Source: Eledone cirrhosa (lineage: Eukaryota). Taken from it: DNA of 64,000 nt. The DNA is taken from contig OZ024744.1 in the NCBI GenBank assembly GCA_964016885.1, positions 82,956,001 through 83,020,000 on the forward strand. Reading direction: 5' to 3'. Below the pieces are notes generated by a model. The model was not told the origin of the DNA and did not search any database. It saw nothing but the letters and a program-made list of their open reading frames with translations. Of the stretch, positions 1-13,265 are shown one piece after another. Both the position numbers and the translations under genes were made by a program. Positions within the stretch are counted from its first letter, which is position 1, and the number at the start of each line of letters is the position of its first letter.

Positions 1-1260
1 TACGGTACAGTGCAGGAATGCTCATGTGGACTAAGGCTGAAGTTGATGAGATAGATCAAAGAACAAGAAGAATGTTGTCCAAGCTTAAAAGCATTACATC
101 TAAAACCAAGTATAAATCCGCTATGTATGAAAGGCACAGTTGGAGGAAGATGGATATGTTTACAGAATGTATCGAATATGATAGGCAAGCCATTAATTAC
201 CACCTTCAATATTTGAAATTTTAATTTTGTTATTTTATGTTTTCCCCTTTTTTTATTACTTATCTCACTAGCTCTTTTTGATAACCAAACTGTAAGGAAT
301 CCTTGATACTTCCCCTAGTCTGTCATGGCTTACTAGCTCTATATGGACGTTTAAATTGAATAAGTAAATAAATAAATAAATAAATAAATAAATAGTAGCA
401 AAAATCTTCTACAGTGTGCCTCAGCCACTATGGATCTAAAATATCCGTTTTCTAGACCCATAGTTGGAGGGTGAAGAAGTGTTTAAAAGACGAGTCTCTA
501 CGGAGAAAATAGAAATAGTAGTTAGATAGACATTACATGATTAATTTAAAGGACAAACTTTTGAATTAAAGACTGAAATATCTTGAGATTGGCTCTCCCG
601 CAGTGTGTTAATATCAACTCAAGCCCAAGATTTCAGTAATTAGTTAGTGACTCAAGGGATATATCATCTTAATGAAAGTGTTAAGTGTAGCTTATGTGGA
701 ATTAATACAGAAAATATCCTCCAAAATGGCGAGTGCTGGCAAACTGGAAGCTCAAAAGGAGTATAAAAAAGACGTGCTAAGGTTTGTATGTAACGTCCAT
801 AGTCAATGTGAAAAAAAAACATCAGGTGTCCGATATATTGCACCAGCAAATCTCTGAAAGTTTCCTTGATGAAAGAGACAAACCCAAGATAATCTAGAAA
901 TTCATTATCCAAACGAAGAGCAGACATAAACACAACAGAACTGATATTGTAGTTTTATTGAGCACCAGATTATTGATGTTACCATTCCAGGAGATCGCAA
1001 CTACAAAGAAATTGAAAAAAAAAAAAAAAATCAATATATTCTTGAAGATCAAAATTGCCCGAATGTGGCAAATGCCACATTATCAACATAATTCCAGTTG
1101 TCATTGGAGTTTTGGACGCCATACCCACTGAAATTGAAAGGGTAACTTAAGTAAATAGACCACGGATCACAAATTACTCTCCTACAAAACACTTCCCTGT
1201 TGTGAATTGCCCTTATATTCAGGAAAGTATTGTCAGTATAAGGTCCTTGTTGAGACACGA
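1..1260 (+). mobile_element. Degenerate R4/Dong-type (RLE) non-LTR retrotransposon, 3' part
   Basis: ORF 18..224 (LMWTKAEVDEIDQRTRRML) resembles the post-RT thumb region. 930-1240 translates across frameshifts as DIVV..IIDVTIPGDRN..KEIEK..ARMWQM..IIPVVIGVLDAIP..RKVLSV*, a PD-(D/E)xK endonuclease C-terminus. Confidence 0.7.
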
Positions 1261-1310
1261 CAGACAGTAGAAGATACAGTAATCATCATATTTACTTAGT
1301 AAACTATCAA

Positions 1311-1852
1311 TAATTGTTTTTACTTTTGACTCAAAGCCAACAATTTGAAGGGAATGGGAAAGACAATTAAATCGACATCAGCATATTACTGGTACTTGAG
1401 TTTATTTAAACTATCAACAGCAACAATGATAATAATAACTGTTTCTATTTTAGGCACAAGGCCAGCAATTTGAAGGGGAGAGGAAAGTAGATTAAATCGA
1501 CTCCGGTACTTACTGGTGTTTTCCTTTATCGAGCCCGTAAGGGCGAACGGCAAAGCATAGCTCGGCAGGATTTGAGCTCAGAACGTAAAGGGCCGTAACT
1601 CTATGCTTCGAAGCATGTTGTCCGGGGCTCTACTGATACTTCCAATCTGCTGCCCTTAATAATAATTGTTTCTACACTTGGCACAAGGCCAGCAATTACC
1701 CAGTGCATTACTGGTACTTTATTTTATCGACCCCATAATGATGAAAGGGAAAGTAAACCTCGGCGGGATTTGAACTCATATCATAAAGGGCCGTAACTCT
1801 GTGCTGCAAACATGGCGTCCGATCCTCTACCGATACAGCTAATCACCCATCC

Positions 1853-1916
<64 letters not shown>

Positions 1917-2115
1917 CAACAATAATAACAATAATAATTGTTTCTACAAGGCCAGCAATTACCCCAGTGTTTTAATGGTGCTTTATTTTATCGACCTTGT
2001 AACGATGAAAGACAAAGTTAACATCGACAGGATTTGAAATCAGAATGGCAAGGGCTGTAACACTATGCATCAAAACATGGCGTCCGACCCTCTACCGATA
2101 CTGCCAATCCACCAA
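1311..2115 (-). mobile_element. Cluster of about 4 tRNA-derived SINE copies separated by (AAT)n
   Basis: Repeated ~190-220 bp unit (ggcacaaggccagcaatt...actggtactttattttatcgacc...ggcgggatttgaactca). The minus strand carries a B-box-like GAGTTCAAATCCC and an (ATT)n tail. Confidence 0.85.
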
Positions 2116-2149
2116 TAATAATAAGTAACACCGATAAGATTAAATACGA

Positions 2150-3090
2150 ACTGGGTAAGAAAGTACACTCAATCTCCACGGCGGCATAAAATACAGTCGA
2201 TAGCTTAACCTCTCTGATAACAATGATAATAACGAAGGCATGGCACCCACTAAGACAACTAAAAAGCCAAACAAAAAAAAACTGAAGGAAATCTTAAGAC
2301 AGTGGAAGCCATGGTTGAATAGCACGGATATGAAAACTGAAACAAGGATTTATCCTTGCAGTACAAGATCAGAGACTCCTCACCCAAATAATATCAAGCT
2401 AATGCTTTGTTCAATTGTAAAAACACAATGTGCAGACCCTGCAATGACAAACTTGAGAACATTGACCACATTGTTGCTGGTTGCTTAGGCATTGCTCCTA
2501 CAAAATATAAAACCATGCATGTTCGATTTGGTCAATATTTGTATTGGAGCTTATGCCATCTCTATCCTATCTCTCGCATCCTAAGAACTGGTATGAACAC
2601 CATCCACAGCCAGTCACTGTGGGAGAGGACATTACCGTCTTATGGGATTACAAGATACATACAGACAGGCAAATAAATGCTAACAAGTCAAAAAGCGTCA
2701 TCAAAAACCTAAGATAAAAAACATGCCGGTTAATTCATATTATGGTGCCTAGTGATAGAAACATCTCAAGAGATGAATTTGAGAAACTTTCTAAATACAA
2801 GGACCTTGAGACAGAGATATCTAGGATGTGACAATTAAAAACCGAAGTCATCCCTGTTGTTGTGATTGCCCTGGGAATGCTCAAGAAAGGAATCGACAAT
2901 TTCTTTGACCAGACCCCAGGGAAACCAACAATCTACGAGATTAAAAATATTGTGCTAACATCAACCGCTCACCTCCTCAGCAAGTTTCTCTGCATCTAAT
3001 ATAGACTTACCTTATGTCTCTGGTTGAGATCCGACAGGAACATAAAATGGAAATCAAATAAAATGGAAATCAAACGAAAAATACAAAAAA
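2150..3090 (+). mobile_element. R4/Dong-type LINE remnant (CCHC knuckle + RLE endonuclease + 3' UTR)
   Basis: WLNSTDMKTET/GFILAVQDQ, then CRPCNDKLENIDHIVAGC..HVRFGQYLYWSLC, then LWDYKIHTDR..VPSDRNISRDEFEKLSKYKDLETEISRM..IPVVVIALGML..TAHLLSKFLCI* (stop ~2998). Confidence 0.85.
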
Positions 3091-3357
3091 TAATAACAAT
3101 GATACAGTTTTGTAAATAATTGACCATTCTTATGCGATTGAGTATCATTTTGTTGCAAATAGTATTTTAAATGGATAATGTACACACACACAAATCAAAG
3201 GATATACTTGTAACTGTGTAAAGTACATGATGCGAACAATCTGATGTCTTTATTTTCATGGCTTATAAATATATGCCATGAGTTACTTTGCCTTAGGTGT
3301 TGGGAATGCATTCAGAAAGAATTGCAAATGAAACTGATGGAAGAGGAAGACCACTAA

Positions 3358-3550
3358 TAACAATGGTTCCTTATATAGGCACAATGCCAACAATTATTGG
3401 GGAAGGGGAAAGTCGATTAAATCGACCCCAGTGCGTGACTGGTACTTTATTTTATCGACCCCGTAAGGATGAAAGGCAAAGTTAACTTCGGCGGGATTTG
3501 AACTCAGAATGGCAAGGGCCGTAACTCTAAGCATCAAAGCATGGCGCCCG

Positions 3551-3612
<62 letters not shown>

Positions 3613-3705
3613 TGTTTCTACTTTAGGCACAAGGCCAGCAATTACTCAGTGCATTACTGGTACTTTATTTTATCGACCCCGTAAGGATGAAAGGCAAAGT
3701 CAACC
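3358..3705 (-). mobile_element. Two tRNA-derived SINE copies (second truncated) embedded in (AAT)n
   Basis: Same unit as 1435-2115, flanked by (AAT)n tracts at 3551-3612 and 3706-3768. Confidence 0.85.
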
Positions 3706-3768
<63 letters not shown>

Positions 3769-3769
<1 letters not shown>

Positions 3770-3995
3770 TCTCCAAAGGTTTCCAGGGATGGTTAAAGAA
3801 AATCGGCCCCTTCACGCTTTTTGGAACGCTTCAAAAGGCATGCTTGCTTGGAACGGCAAGAACCCTCCGATACGTCCTGAATATCTGAGGCTGCAGGTAG
3901 TGGCTTGATATTCAATCCAACGGACTTTCCAGTTAACCAACATCAATGACTGAGATTCAAGGAATAACAATAACAATAATAATAATAATAATAAT
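3769..3995 (+). mobile_element. 5'-truncated R4/Dong LINE 3' end
   Basis: Translates ISKGFQGWLKKIGPFTLFGTLQKACLLGTARTLRYVLNI*, followed by a short UTR and (AAT)n on both sides. Confidence 0.75.
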
Positions 3996-3996
3996 A

Positions 3997-4320
3997 AACT
4001 AAAACAATACCAGTGGTTGTAGGTGCTCTAGGAATGATACCTAGGGGGTCTAATGATTACTTATCGCAAATCCCAGGAAACCCGCGTATAGGAGAAATAC
4101 AAAAGATAGTACTAATGGGAACTGCCCATATACTAAGGAGGATTCTGTCAATATAAGTACATCACAAGTCTAAACACCTAAATAAAGATGCATGTGTGTA
4201 TATGTATGTTCTTTCTTGAACATGGCGGACCTGGTTGTCTCTTGAGGTCACTGGTTGTGACTTGGTGATAACTCGTATGAACATAAAGCGAGATAAATGC
4301 AACTGTAATAATAATAATAA
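3997..4320 (+). mobile_element. 5'-truncated R4/Dong LINE 3' end (different subfamily)
   Basis: Translates TKTIPVVVGALGMIPRGSNDYLSQIPGNPRIGEIQKIVLMGTAHILRRILSI*, followed by a UTR and (AAT)n. Confidence 0.8.
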
Positions 4321-4583
4321 TGATTTCATTTATTGGCCACAAGGGCCGACATATAGGGGACAATACAAAAGACTGGGACAGTGGGGTTTTACAGAAAAAT
4401 CGAGTAAACAATATGAATCACAATAACAAAGTAACAATAACAAAGTAACAATAAAGTAACAAGAAAATTACAAAAAGAAAAAAATTCCCCAATAGGGGGG
4501 ATGACCACCTAGGGACCGCTCAGGTAACCCACCAGTCCTCTACGACCCAACGCTTCGAGAGCACTCTGGAAGACGTGGTGAAT
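4321..4583 (-). mobile_element. Tx1-type LINE 3' UTR fragment
   Basis: Minus strand ends ...tttgtattgtcccctatatgtcggcccttgtggccaataaa, the same terminal motif as the Tx1 3' ends at ~4615, ~44030, ~48660 and ~48700. Confidence 0.7.
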
Positions 4584-4874
4584 TATAATAATAATAATAA
4601 TAATAATAATGGATTCTTTATTGGCCACAAGGGCTAACACGAAGAAAAACATTAGAGACGGCACAGAACAGTACAGGACGATACAAAGTGGGTTTTGTTC
4701 GTGTAAAAAGGTTATAACAAAATTAGGCTAGAAATCAAAAACATTCAAACAACAAAAATTCCGCCAAAAGAGGGAAACCTCGGAGGGTCACTCGTGGCGA
4801 AAACCACACAAAAAAGACCACGGCCACCCTGACCACCAGGGCAAGCACCCTCTCTCACTTTTCCATTCCTCAGT

Positions 4875-7800
4875 CTACAGGCGCATACTCAGAGCGGGCT
4901 TGTTCACTCGGACCAGAATCACCACTTTCACCCCCGTTTCAACAAACTTACTAGAAGACAGCACTTGCCTCTCCACCCTGATTTTCCTCTACATGTAAAA
5001 CTTGAAAAAGTTAATCAGGGATTGGCCGGAGAGGAAAGTGTCCGATTCAACCCTTTCAACCTTGTCCACGGCACAATCTCTTGATACTGTTCCAGTCTCC
5101 CACTAACTCTAAAGAGCGGGACGTTCCGAAAAAGGTCTCTAGACGTCTGATGAAATCTGGCCGTCCTGCCCCTGTTGGGGCGTAGACGGCTACTAGCCTG
5201 AAAGTATTGCCTTCGCTGCCAGTCACGTCCAGCACCACCGACTTACCTTCTGGGTCCAGGAAGATGGCCCATATGGCGAGATCCAAGCCTCTCCGAAAAA
5301 GAACGGGAATCCCTCCCCCCGATCCTGGACGGCTGGGAGATGCGTATACATTGTATACAGCACTTCTCTCTCCACCCTCACCTTCCTTTCCAAGTGAAAG
5401 TCTCCGCTGCTGCCGACGCCGGGGCCTCATGGAAATATTGTCCACCATACAATCTCTTTCGCCATGGCCATCAGGCATATGAAAACTGCCTGCCCTTCCT
5501 CCTCCTTAAAGGAGGACGGCGGGGCTATCTGCACAATGGACTCAGTCGATGACCGGCTCCGACCTACACGTGACAGCAGCTGTTCGACATAGCTCCACAT
5601 GTCAGCAATCCTCGGGCACTGAACGAGTGCGGGCAGGACGGTTTCGTCACCCTGCGCGCATCTCGGACAGGCTCGGACAGGCACTTCCGAATTCACCACC
5701 TCTGTCCGACCTTTCAGGGACAGCTTCTTCTCGGCCCATTTGTGGGTGAGAGAGAGGCAAGCTTGTTCGTCACCTCGCTCCAGTTTTTCTCCATCTGGCG
5801 GTGCGGACCGAATCAGATCCCGAGCAATTTAACCGGTCCTTCTTTCCAGCGCCCCACGACACTGTCGGGCGGCATGGACTTAGCTTTCCAGGTGCCGAGC
5901 TGCAAGCCCACCTACTTTTCCTGGTATAACTTTGCCCCTGTCACTGCTTCATATTCTTTGAGAGCGGTATCGAGCATCCGGACATGTCCGGTGCTTGACA
6001 CCACCACGGTGACGTCGTCAGCGTAAGCCGATACGGATCTCCCACATTCCAGTTCTCGTGGGACGCCTCTCATCGCCTCCAATTTGTGCAGTAACGGCTC
6101 TAGAGATAATACGTACAAGAGCGACGAGAGGGGACAATCCTGATGTACCGAGCGCAGGATGCTGAACGGCTGTGACAGATGACTGTTCACCTTCATAACT
6201 GAGCTGATATCGTTGTGCATCGCAGCGATCCAACCGCTGAAAATGGGCTCGAAACCGGCCGCCTCGAGGACCCCCGCCATGTACCAATGGTCAAGCCTAT
6301 CAAATACCTTAGATTGATCCAAGTTGATCAATGCCCCACCCGTGCCAGGTTACTTAGCCACCCTCTCTATGATGTATCGCATGAGGTGGAGGTTGTCGTG
6401 GTTGGGTCTGTTTAGAATGGTGCATGTCTGCACCTCTCCCACCAGATCACCGACGACAAGCGCCAATCTCGTTGGTAACACCTTGGCCAAAATCTTGAAA
6501 TCTGCGTTTAACAGAGTTATGGGCCTGAAGTTGTCTATAACGTCCCCCTTGTTCGGGTCTTTTCTCAACAACGTACCGCTCCTCGGCTCACAAATCTGTA
6601 TATGCTCCCGTTCTGCTGCCAGTTTAGTAGACATCTGCTAAGAGGTCACGGAACAAGTCTGGCATGTACGCATAAATCTGTAGGACAGGCCATCCAAACC
6701 TGGCGATTTACCTCTCGAGCAGTCAGACATCGCTTTCCGTATTTCACCTTCTGTTATCGGCTTTTTGCAATACTGCGTTATGGTCGTCGAGAGTTGAGCA
6801 AAGTGCTGCTGAAAAGCCTCACACATCTGCTCAGGATCGAGTAAGATGCGCCCGTTTTGGTCAGGTAAAGATTGAATTGCCACGTCGCGCCTCCACCACC
6901 CAGGCCCATTGGACGGCTTTCCTCCCCTCTTGTCTCAGAGCACGCGCTCTAGCTCTGACAACGCAGCCTTCGTGCGTTGCGTTGAAGAATTTGTCGAGTG
7001 CCAATCTCGCCGCAAGCACGTCGGTTGCGATGCCTGTCCTAAACCCCTCTTCTAAGTTTCTAACTAGCTCTCCTACTCTATTTTCCTCTATCACTACTCC
7101 TTTGCTAAACCTTAGCGATTCTACTCTAATTGCCCTTCCCAGGGTAAAACACCACCTATTGTTGACGATCGCACCCGTCAACGCACGCTTAACTAATTCG
7201 CTTATCCGGTCTCTGTAAGCTTTGCGCGACGTGAACGATAGGTTCAGTTTCCAGTAACCGGGCCCTTGCCCATGGAGTCTATCTAAGTCAACTTCACATA
7301 TCATAAATTTGTGGTCCGTGTAGTCGACTACTTTAAATTGTGGACAACCTGTGCTAGCCTTATCTGTTTCCCTACAGGATATCTAGATGCGATCTGGATA
7401 ACCCGATGCGGCTTGCCCATGTCCACATTGGCACATTCGGATAATCCAGTCGATACCTGTCAGACAGTTGAAAACGTCTGAGCAGGTTATGAGGTTTTTA
7501 CATCCTCCTCCATTATCGGTGGATTGGCAGTATCGGTAGAGGGTCGGACGCCATGCTTTCCAGCATAGTTACGTCCCTTTACGATCTGAGTTCAAATCCC
7601 GCCGAGGTTGACTTTGCCTTTCATCCTTACGAGGTCGATAAAATAAAGTACCAGTAATGCACTGGATAATTGCTGGCCTTGTGCCTAAAGTAGAAACAAT
7701 TATTTACTAGACCCACACAATCCCAGCGTGCATCTAAGATACTCTTCCAGTCACCCACTAACACTAAAGAGCGGGACGTTCCAAAAAAGATCTCTAGACG

Positions 7801-8156
7801 TCTGAAGAAATCTGGCCGTTCTGCCCCTGTTGGGGCGTAGACGGCTACTAGCCTGAAAGCATTGCTTTCGCTCCCTGTTACATCCAGCACCACCGACTTA
7901 CCTACTGGATCCAGGAAGATGGCCCGTATGGCGAGATCCAAGCCTTTCCAAAAAAGCACAGCAACTCCGCCCCACCCCCTGACTGCCGGGAGATGCGTGC
8001 GATGATCGGTGCGAAGTCTCGTGTTTCGGAAATTCTGGTCTCGCTGATGACCACCGCATCTATGTTTAGTGACCTGAGGTCGTTGAGCAGGTGGCCCTGC
8101 TTCCAAGAAGACCCCAGTACACGTACATTTATACTGCCTATTCTAAGTAAGACCAT
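4875..8156 (-). pseudogene. Tx1 ORF2 (APE endonuclease-RT-zf-RVT), disrupted
   Basis: MVLLRIGSINVRVLG, VAVYAPT, LVGDW, GPGYWKLN, KSPGLDGL, NFRPITLLNADFKILAKVL, LDQSKVFDRLDH, SAYADDVTV, CPRCAQGDETVLPALVQC. Multiple frameshifts and a SINE insertion. Confidence 0.9.
7518..7705 (+). mobile_element. tRNA-derived SINE inserted into the Tx1 endonuclease coding region
   Basis: Complete unit from ggtggattggcagtatcggtagag (A-box-like) through gagttcaaatccc (B-box) to gaaacaattatt. It interrupts the APE frame, with a possible short attat duplication. Confidence 0.88.
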
Positions 8157-8188
8157 GTTGGGGGAGGAATGGAGTAAGTGAGAAAGCA

Positions 8189-9893
8189 TCACCTACCCTG
8201 ATCGTGTGGGAAAGGGACAGTTGAACCGTCCCTTTGGCTGGTCAAGGGTGTCTCCAAGATGATGTCGGTGTCTATCCTCTTGGTAACTGACCCTCTGAAG
8301 TCTGCAACTGCGTTGGGGAATTTTTCTTTTAAATGTGTACAATGTTCTATTTTAATTTCAATAATGTTTATATATTTCTGGAATGTTCTTGGTGTTGGTG
8401 GGGTGTAGTAATTTTTGTCTATAATGTCTGTGTGCTGCTTTATATGTGTTAAGAGTTCTTTATTTGCCATGTTTATGGTTGTGTAATTTTTTTGGTGTGG
8501 TGGTTGGTTGGTTTTGTTGCTGTTTTCTTTTTGCTGCTTGCTGGGTATGTTTGCCTTGATGTGTTTGCGATATTGGTGTTTGTGGTGATGCTGGTGGTGT
8601 GTGGTGTTTGTTGTTGGTGGTGATGATTGTGGCGTGGATGGTGGTGGCGTCACTGCGAGTCGCCTTGCTGCCTTTACCCCTCTTTGTTTGCCTTCGCATT
8701 TTGAGGCTCAAGGTAAGGAGTTCTTTCTTTTTTGTTTTTTTGTGGCAGAACATTTGCCACTTGACTCACGCCTCACACTCCATGTCGGATTCTGTGGCGT
8801 CTGGGAGGGGTATATGCTCCACGGCTGTTGGTGGTGGTAGTGGAGCTCTCTTCGGCGATTTTGTTGCTGGTGCAGCTACTGCAAATGTAGCTACTAGTCT
8901 TGCTGCCACTGCTGCCGCTGTTTTAGTTGTCCGTGTCCTTGGTACGGGTGCCACGGACGTTGCCCTCCTACTCACCGTGGAAGAGTCTGTTGCCTTTGTT
9001 GCCTTCCCTGCTCTTGGTAGCAGCGGATCAGGCGTCGTAAGGAGGTGGGCCCTCTTCTTGGATGCCTTCTGCGGACAGAAGGCCCTGAGGTGACCCTTCT
9101 GCCCACAGAGGTAGCATTTTGGGCGCCTACTTTCCACGCTTATAGGGAGTTGGAGCTCTTCTTCGAGGTCTGTGATGTCTGGAATGGCATCGATGCACTC
9201 CTGATCAGTCTCTATTAGCATTTGCATGCCTATTCCTGACCAGCTCTCTCTTTCCCGTCTACTGTGGCATAATTTTTACCTCGGTTAATGTGGGTTTTGA
9301 GCGCCCAGACGCACCCCAAGGCCTTTTGGATTTGAGCCTCCGTGGCTCTCTCCACCCGATGTGAGATTTTGCTTACGGTGTGGTAAGTCACCGTGCGCAG
9401 CTGCTGGTCCTTGAAAAAATCGGGTGGAGGTTTCAGCGAGACTCGATTGGCATTTCTCGTCACCATGGCCCTTGCGACTGCCATCTCCTCCGTGACTAGC
9501 ACTGTTTCGATATTTCGGGTCACACCTCCAAAAGAAGTGGCCTTTTTTCAGCGGCACCATTATTGCTGTCGCTACTGCTGCTACAGGTCTTGTTGGTGAT
9601 GCTGAGATCGCTGTTATTGGTATTGATGTCAATGTTATTGTTTTCGTTGGTACTGTTGTTGCTGTTATTGTTGTCATTGTTGTTGTTTTCGTTGACACTG
9701 TCGCTGCTGTTGCTGTAATTGTAGCTGTTGTTATTATTGTTGTTTTTGTTGATACTGTTGCTGCTGTTATTGTTGTTGTGGCTGTTGTCATTGTTATTAT
9801 CTTTCTCGACCCTATCGCTGTTATTTTTGTTGTTACTGCTGTTATTGGTGTTGGTTGTGTTAGTTGGTATTTTTTAATCTGTAACAATATCAT
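8189..9893 (-). pseudogene. Tx1 ORF1 (gag-like, zinc knuckle), disrupted
   Basis: CYLCGQKGHLRAFC (C-x2-C-x4-H-x4-C) in ORF 8766..9227. Adjacent frames 9230..9523, 9285..9893 and 8189..8653 are broken by stops or frameshifts. Confidence 0.75.
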
Positions 9894-10177
9894 TAAATGA
9901 TATTGTTATTCTTTTCCTTCGTAATATTTTCTTTTGCATTCACCTTCGCCAGAACACTGTCTTGTTGACATGTTGACAAAGTCTTCTTCTCTCTGAGTTG
10001 TCTGACAGCTCTCTCTTTCTCTTTCTAGTGGTATCCATGTTACAAATGGGGAAGTGCCGGGATTATCAGAAAAATATATAATATACAAGACACTGACGAT
10101 AAAGTTAAAATCCGTAAAGTAAATGAAAAAATACACCACACACACTCACACACAAATACACACACACGCATGCACAC

Positions 10178-10303
<126 letters not shown>

Positions 10304-10539
10304 GGTATGGTATGGACCCGTAACTCCTGAGGGAGTGGGGGTGGGGGAATATTGACTTACTGCGTTCCTAGGGCATACATTTAAAACCTGGTGGAGGCCA
10401 TCTCCTCTCAAGGTTTGAATACAAGAAAAGGATAGAGAGAGTTAGAGAATGGAAGGGGGAAAAAGATATAGAAGAAGAATTGACACCAGTATTTGACTGG
10501 TACTTTTTTTATCGACCATGAATGTATGAAAGACTTGCC

Positions 10540-10571
<32 letters not shown>

Positions 10572-10673
10572 GGAGTAAGTAAGACCCCGACGGCTGAGCT
10601 CAAGCCGTTTCGACGGCTAATTCTGTACTTTGGTGCGTTATCGTCCACCTGGTTCCTTACCATTTTTCCCTCG

Positions 10674-10767
<94 letters not shown>

Positions 10768-11584
10768 TTTCTGAATTTGTTTAGCAAGATTCTTTATCTG
10801 AAAACGTGTGTTGAAACTGATATTGTTATACTTTGGGAGGGTCATGTTGCCAATAAGAAACACACGCACCAGCTGCTTTCACTTCAATTTATTATAATAA
10901 ATTTATAAATTTAGGAATTTATAAATTTCCGGTTGGTTGGTTTGGTTCCACAACCAGATGATTGTTTATATATTGTCAAAGTTCTTTCGTCACACACTCT
11001 GTGACCTCTTCAGTGACTGGGGATTCTTTTCTTTGTTTTTGTGCCTCTCCTTTGTTCTGCCCTACGCCATCTTGTGTTTGTGTGTGTTGTGTGCTTAGTT
11101 TGCGCATGTGTTACATCCGTGTGTTTATATTTGTTTATTTATTTGTTTATTTACATGTTACTGGTTGGTTGTTTGTTCTATGTGTGTGTGTTTTCATTTT
11201 GTCCTTAATTGTAAGTTGTGATGTTGCTGTTCCATTCATGTTTTCTATTTAATTTTGGTTGGAGTTTATTTATGTTTATTGCCTCTGTGATTTGTCTCAA
11301 CATTGCGTCTTTTCTGTGTGTAGATTCTATTTTTAGTTCTATGTTCTCTAATTTACCCTTATGTTCTATTTTAGCATCTTGGTTGAGTACAGATGATTCT
11401 TTACTATCTTGAAAGTCTCGCCAGTGTTCATTTATCCGTTCCCCTATACTACGAGCTGTCTCACCTATGTACTCTATATTCTTATCTCTATATTGTCCTA
11501 AATTTATAAATTTATTATAATAAATTGAAGTGAAAGCAACTGGTGCGTGTGTTTCTTATTGGCAACATGACTCTCCCAAAGTAT

Positions 11585-11591
<7 letters not shown>
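10768..11591 (-). mobile_element. 5'-truncated Penelope-like element with terminal repeat and inverted partial repeat
   Basis: 11230-11490 (-) translates EYIGETARSIGERINEHW..MLRQITEAININKLQPKLNRKHEW (GIY-YIG C-half). 10820-10915 is inverted at 11497-11591. Flanked by (TA)n. Confidence 0.85.
10975..11017 (-). ncRNA. Minimal type I hammerhead ribozyme motif
   Basis: gtca CTGAAGA g gtcac agagtgt gtgac GAAA gaac TT tgac. Sister of 36477-36519, with the stem III palindrome mutated. Confidence 0.65.
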
Positions 11592-11621
<30 letters not shown>

Positions 11622-13041
11622 AACATTTAATTTAAAGATAAGTGTATACTGGGGTACGATTAAATTTCTAAATAAATAGAGGGAGATTTCTTTTTTACTT
11701 TTTTAAATGATATATGTTTAAACATGAAGATTTGAAATATACTAAATTTAATTACTGACAGTATCCTTAACGTCAATTAATTAAAGATTACTTAAAGCAT
11801 GTAGTGTTTTTATTTTTAACAAAATGGAATGTGTTCATGAAATGTCGAGTTGGATAATATTATCTGGCACTAATATTTAGTTCTCGGCAGAGATGTTCTG
11901 TTAGAAAATGGATCGCAGGTGGTGGATAGTAATACGGCCACCAGATATGATGACAGGTTGCGATATAAGCAGGCAACTGCCCGACGAATAAGCAACCCCG
12001 GACAAACAACAGTAAACTACTAGTTGAGATGGAATAATGGGTGACACCTGCGGCTCCCAAGAAAACTCTCCCAACCCACTAAAGTAGATACGATGAGGCG
12101 AGTAAAGGCCATCTCTAAAAAAGCCTGTGTCATCTCTTGTGAACATGGGTATAGCTTTCTTTATGTAAAATCTCCCCATTTTGCTCACTTCTCTCCGTTT
12201 TGGGGCAGTCTTTTTCATGGTACTCCCCGTTTGTTTTTTTTGTTTTTTAGAGGTTCGCAGGTCTGACGCAATATGCCCCACAAAACTAAACTCACGTAGT
12301 TAATTTTTATTTTTTATCTTAGTGATATCAATCAGTACGGAATATTTCAGTCGAACGTCCTTCAAAAGGTTACAGGTGTCATATTCCCGTACTTTATCGA
12401 TAAACAATGAACGTATCAGTCCATTCTTTCCGTAATTTTTCGCGATTGCTCTGAGGAGAGTCGATCAAAACGGCCACAATTTCTTTGCAAGATATCCACA
12501 TCATATCGAGGAGCTGTATACTGAGTAGTCAAAATCAGCAGCTGTTGCTTGAAAAGTTAATTTCAGCTTTTGCAGTTGCATGATTTTCTATCACACCTTC
12601 GTTTACCTATCACAACAAACCTTCGAATTTTATAATCAAATAATTAGATAGAGTATGATATTGAACAGTATGTTTAATTCTTATGGTACTAAATCGCCTG
12701 AAACCTCTTCTTGATGTATGATACAAAAATGTTTGTTTTAATGTGTTTATGTTTATCTAAAATCTTTCATCATAATTTTATGTAAAATACTTTGAGCAAC
12801 GAAAGAGTTAAAATATTTTTTCTAAAATAATCTTGAATTAAGCGGTATTCATTTTTTGTGGCTTCCTTAATGCTGTCAATAATTACATTATGCCAATTAA
12901 AATTTTTGTGTTTAATCCCACTTTATTTAAGAGGGAAAATAATTTCTTTTTTATTCGTATACAATTTGGATCGTGATTAAATATGCGGAAATATTTAACG
13001 TTTAATCACCAGTATGCCATTATAAATGGCATTATATATAT

Positions 13042-13079
<38 letters not shown>

Positions 13080-13265
13080 GCACATGCACACACACACAAT
13101 ATTAATGTATTTATGTATATATGTATATATATGTATATATATGTATATATATATATGTATATATAAATATGTATATATATATATATATAAGTATTGAAGT
13201 TTCCGTTGAAAATTGAAAAAGTCATAGGAGTGAAGAGTGCTCTATGTAAGTTACAGAGCTATATT

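Larger units (their letters stand above)
4611..10030 (-). mobile_element. Near full-length, degenerate Tx1/L1-clade non-LTR retrotransposon
   Basis: ORF1 (low-complexity N-terminus, CCHC knuckle), then ORF2 (APE endonuclease, RT, C-terminal Cys motif), then a 3' UTR with AATAAA ending in (ATT)n. Confidence 0.9.

Noticed and set aside
7518-7610. SINE heads as tRNA genes
   Set aside because: A/B-box-like motifs are present, but there is no full cloverleaf and each continues into a repeated body and tail.
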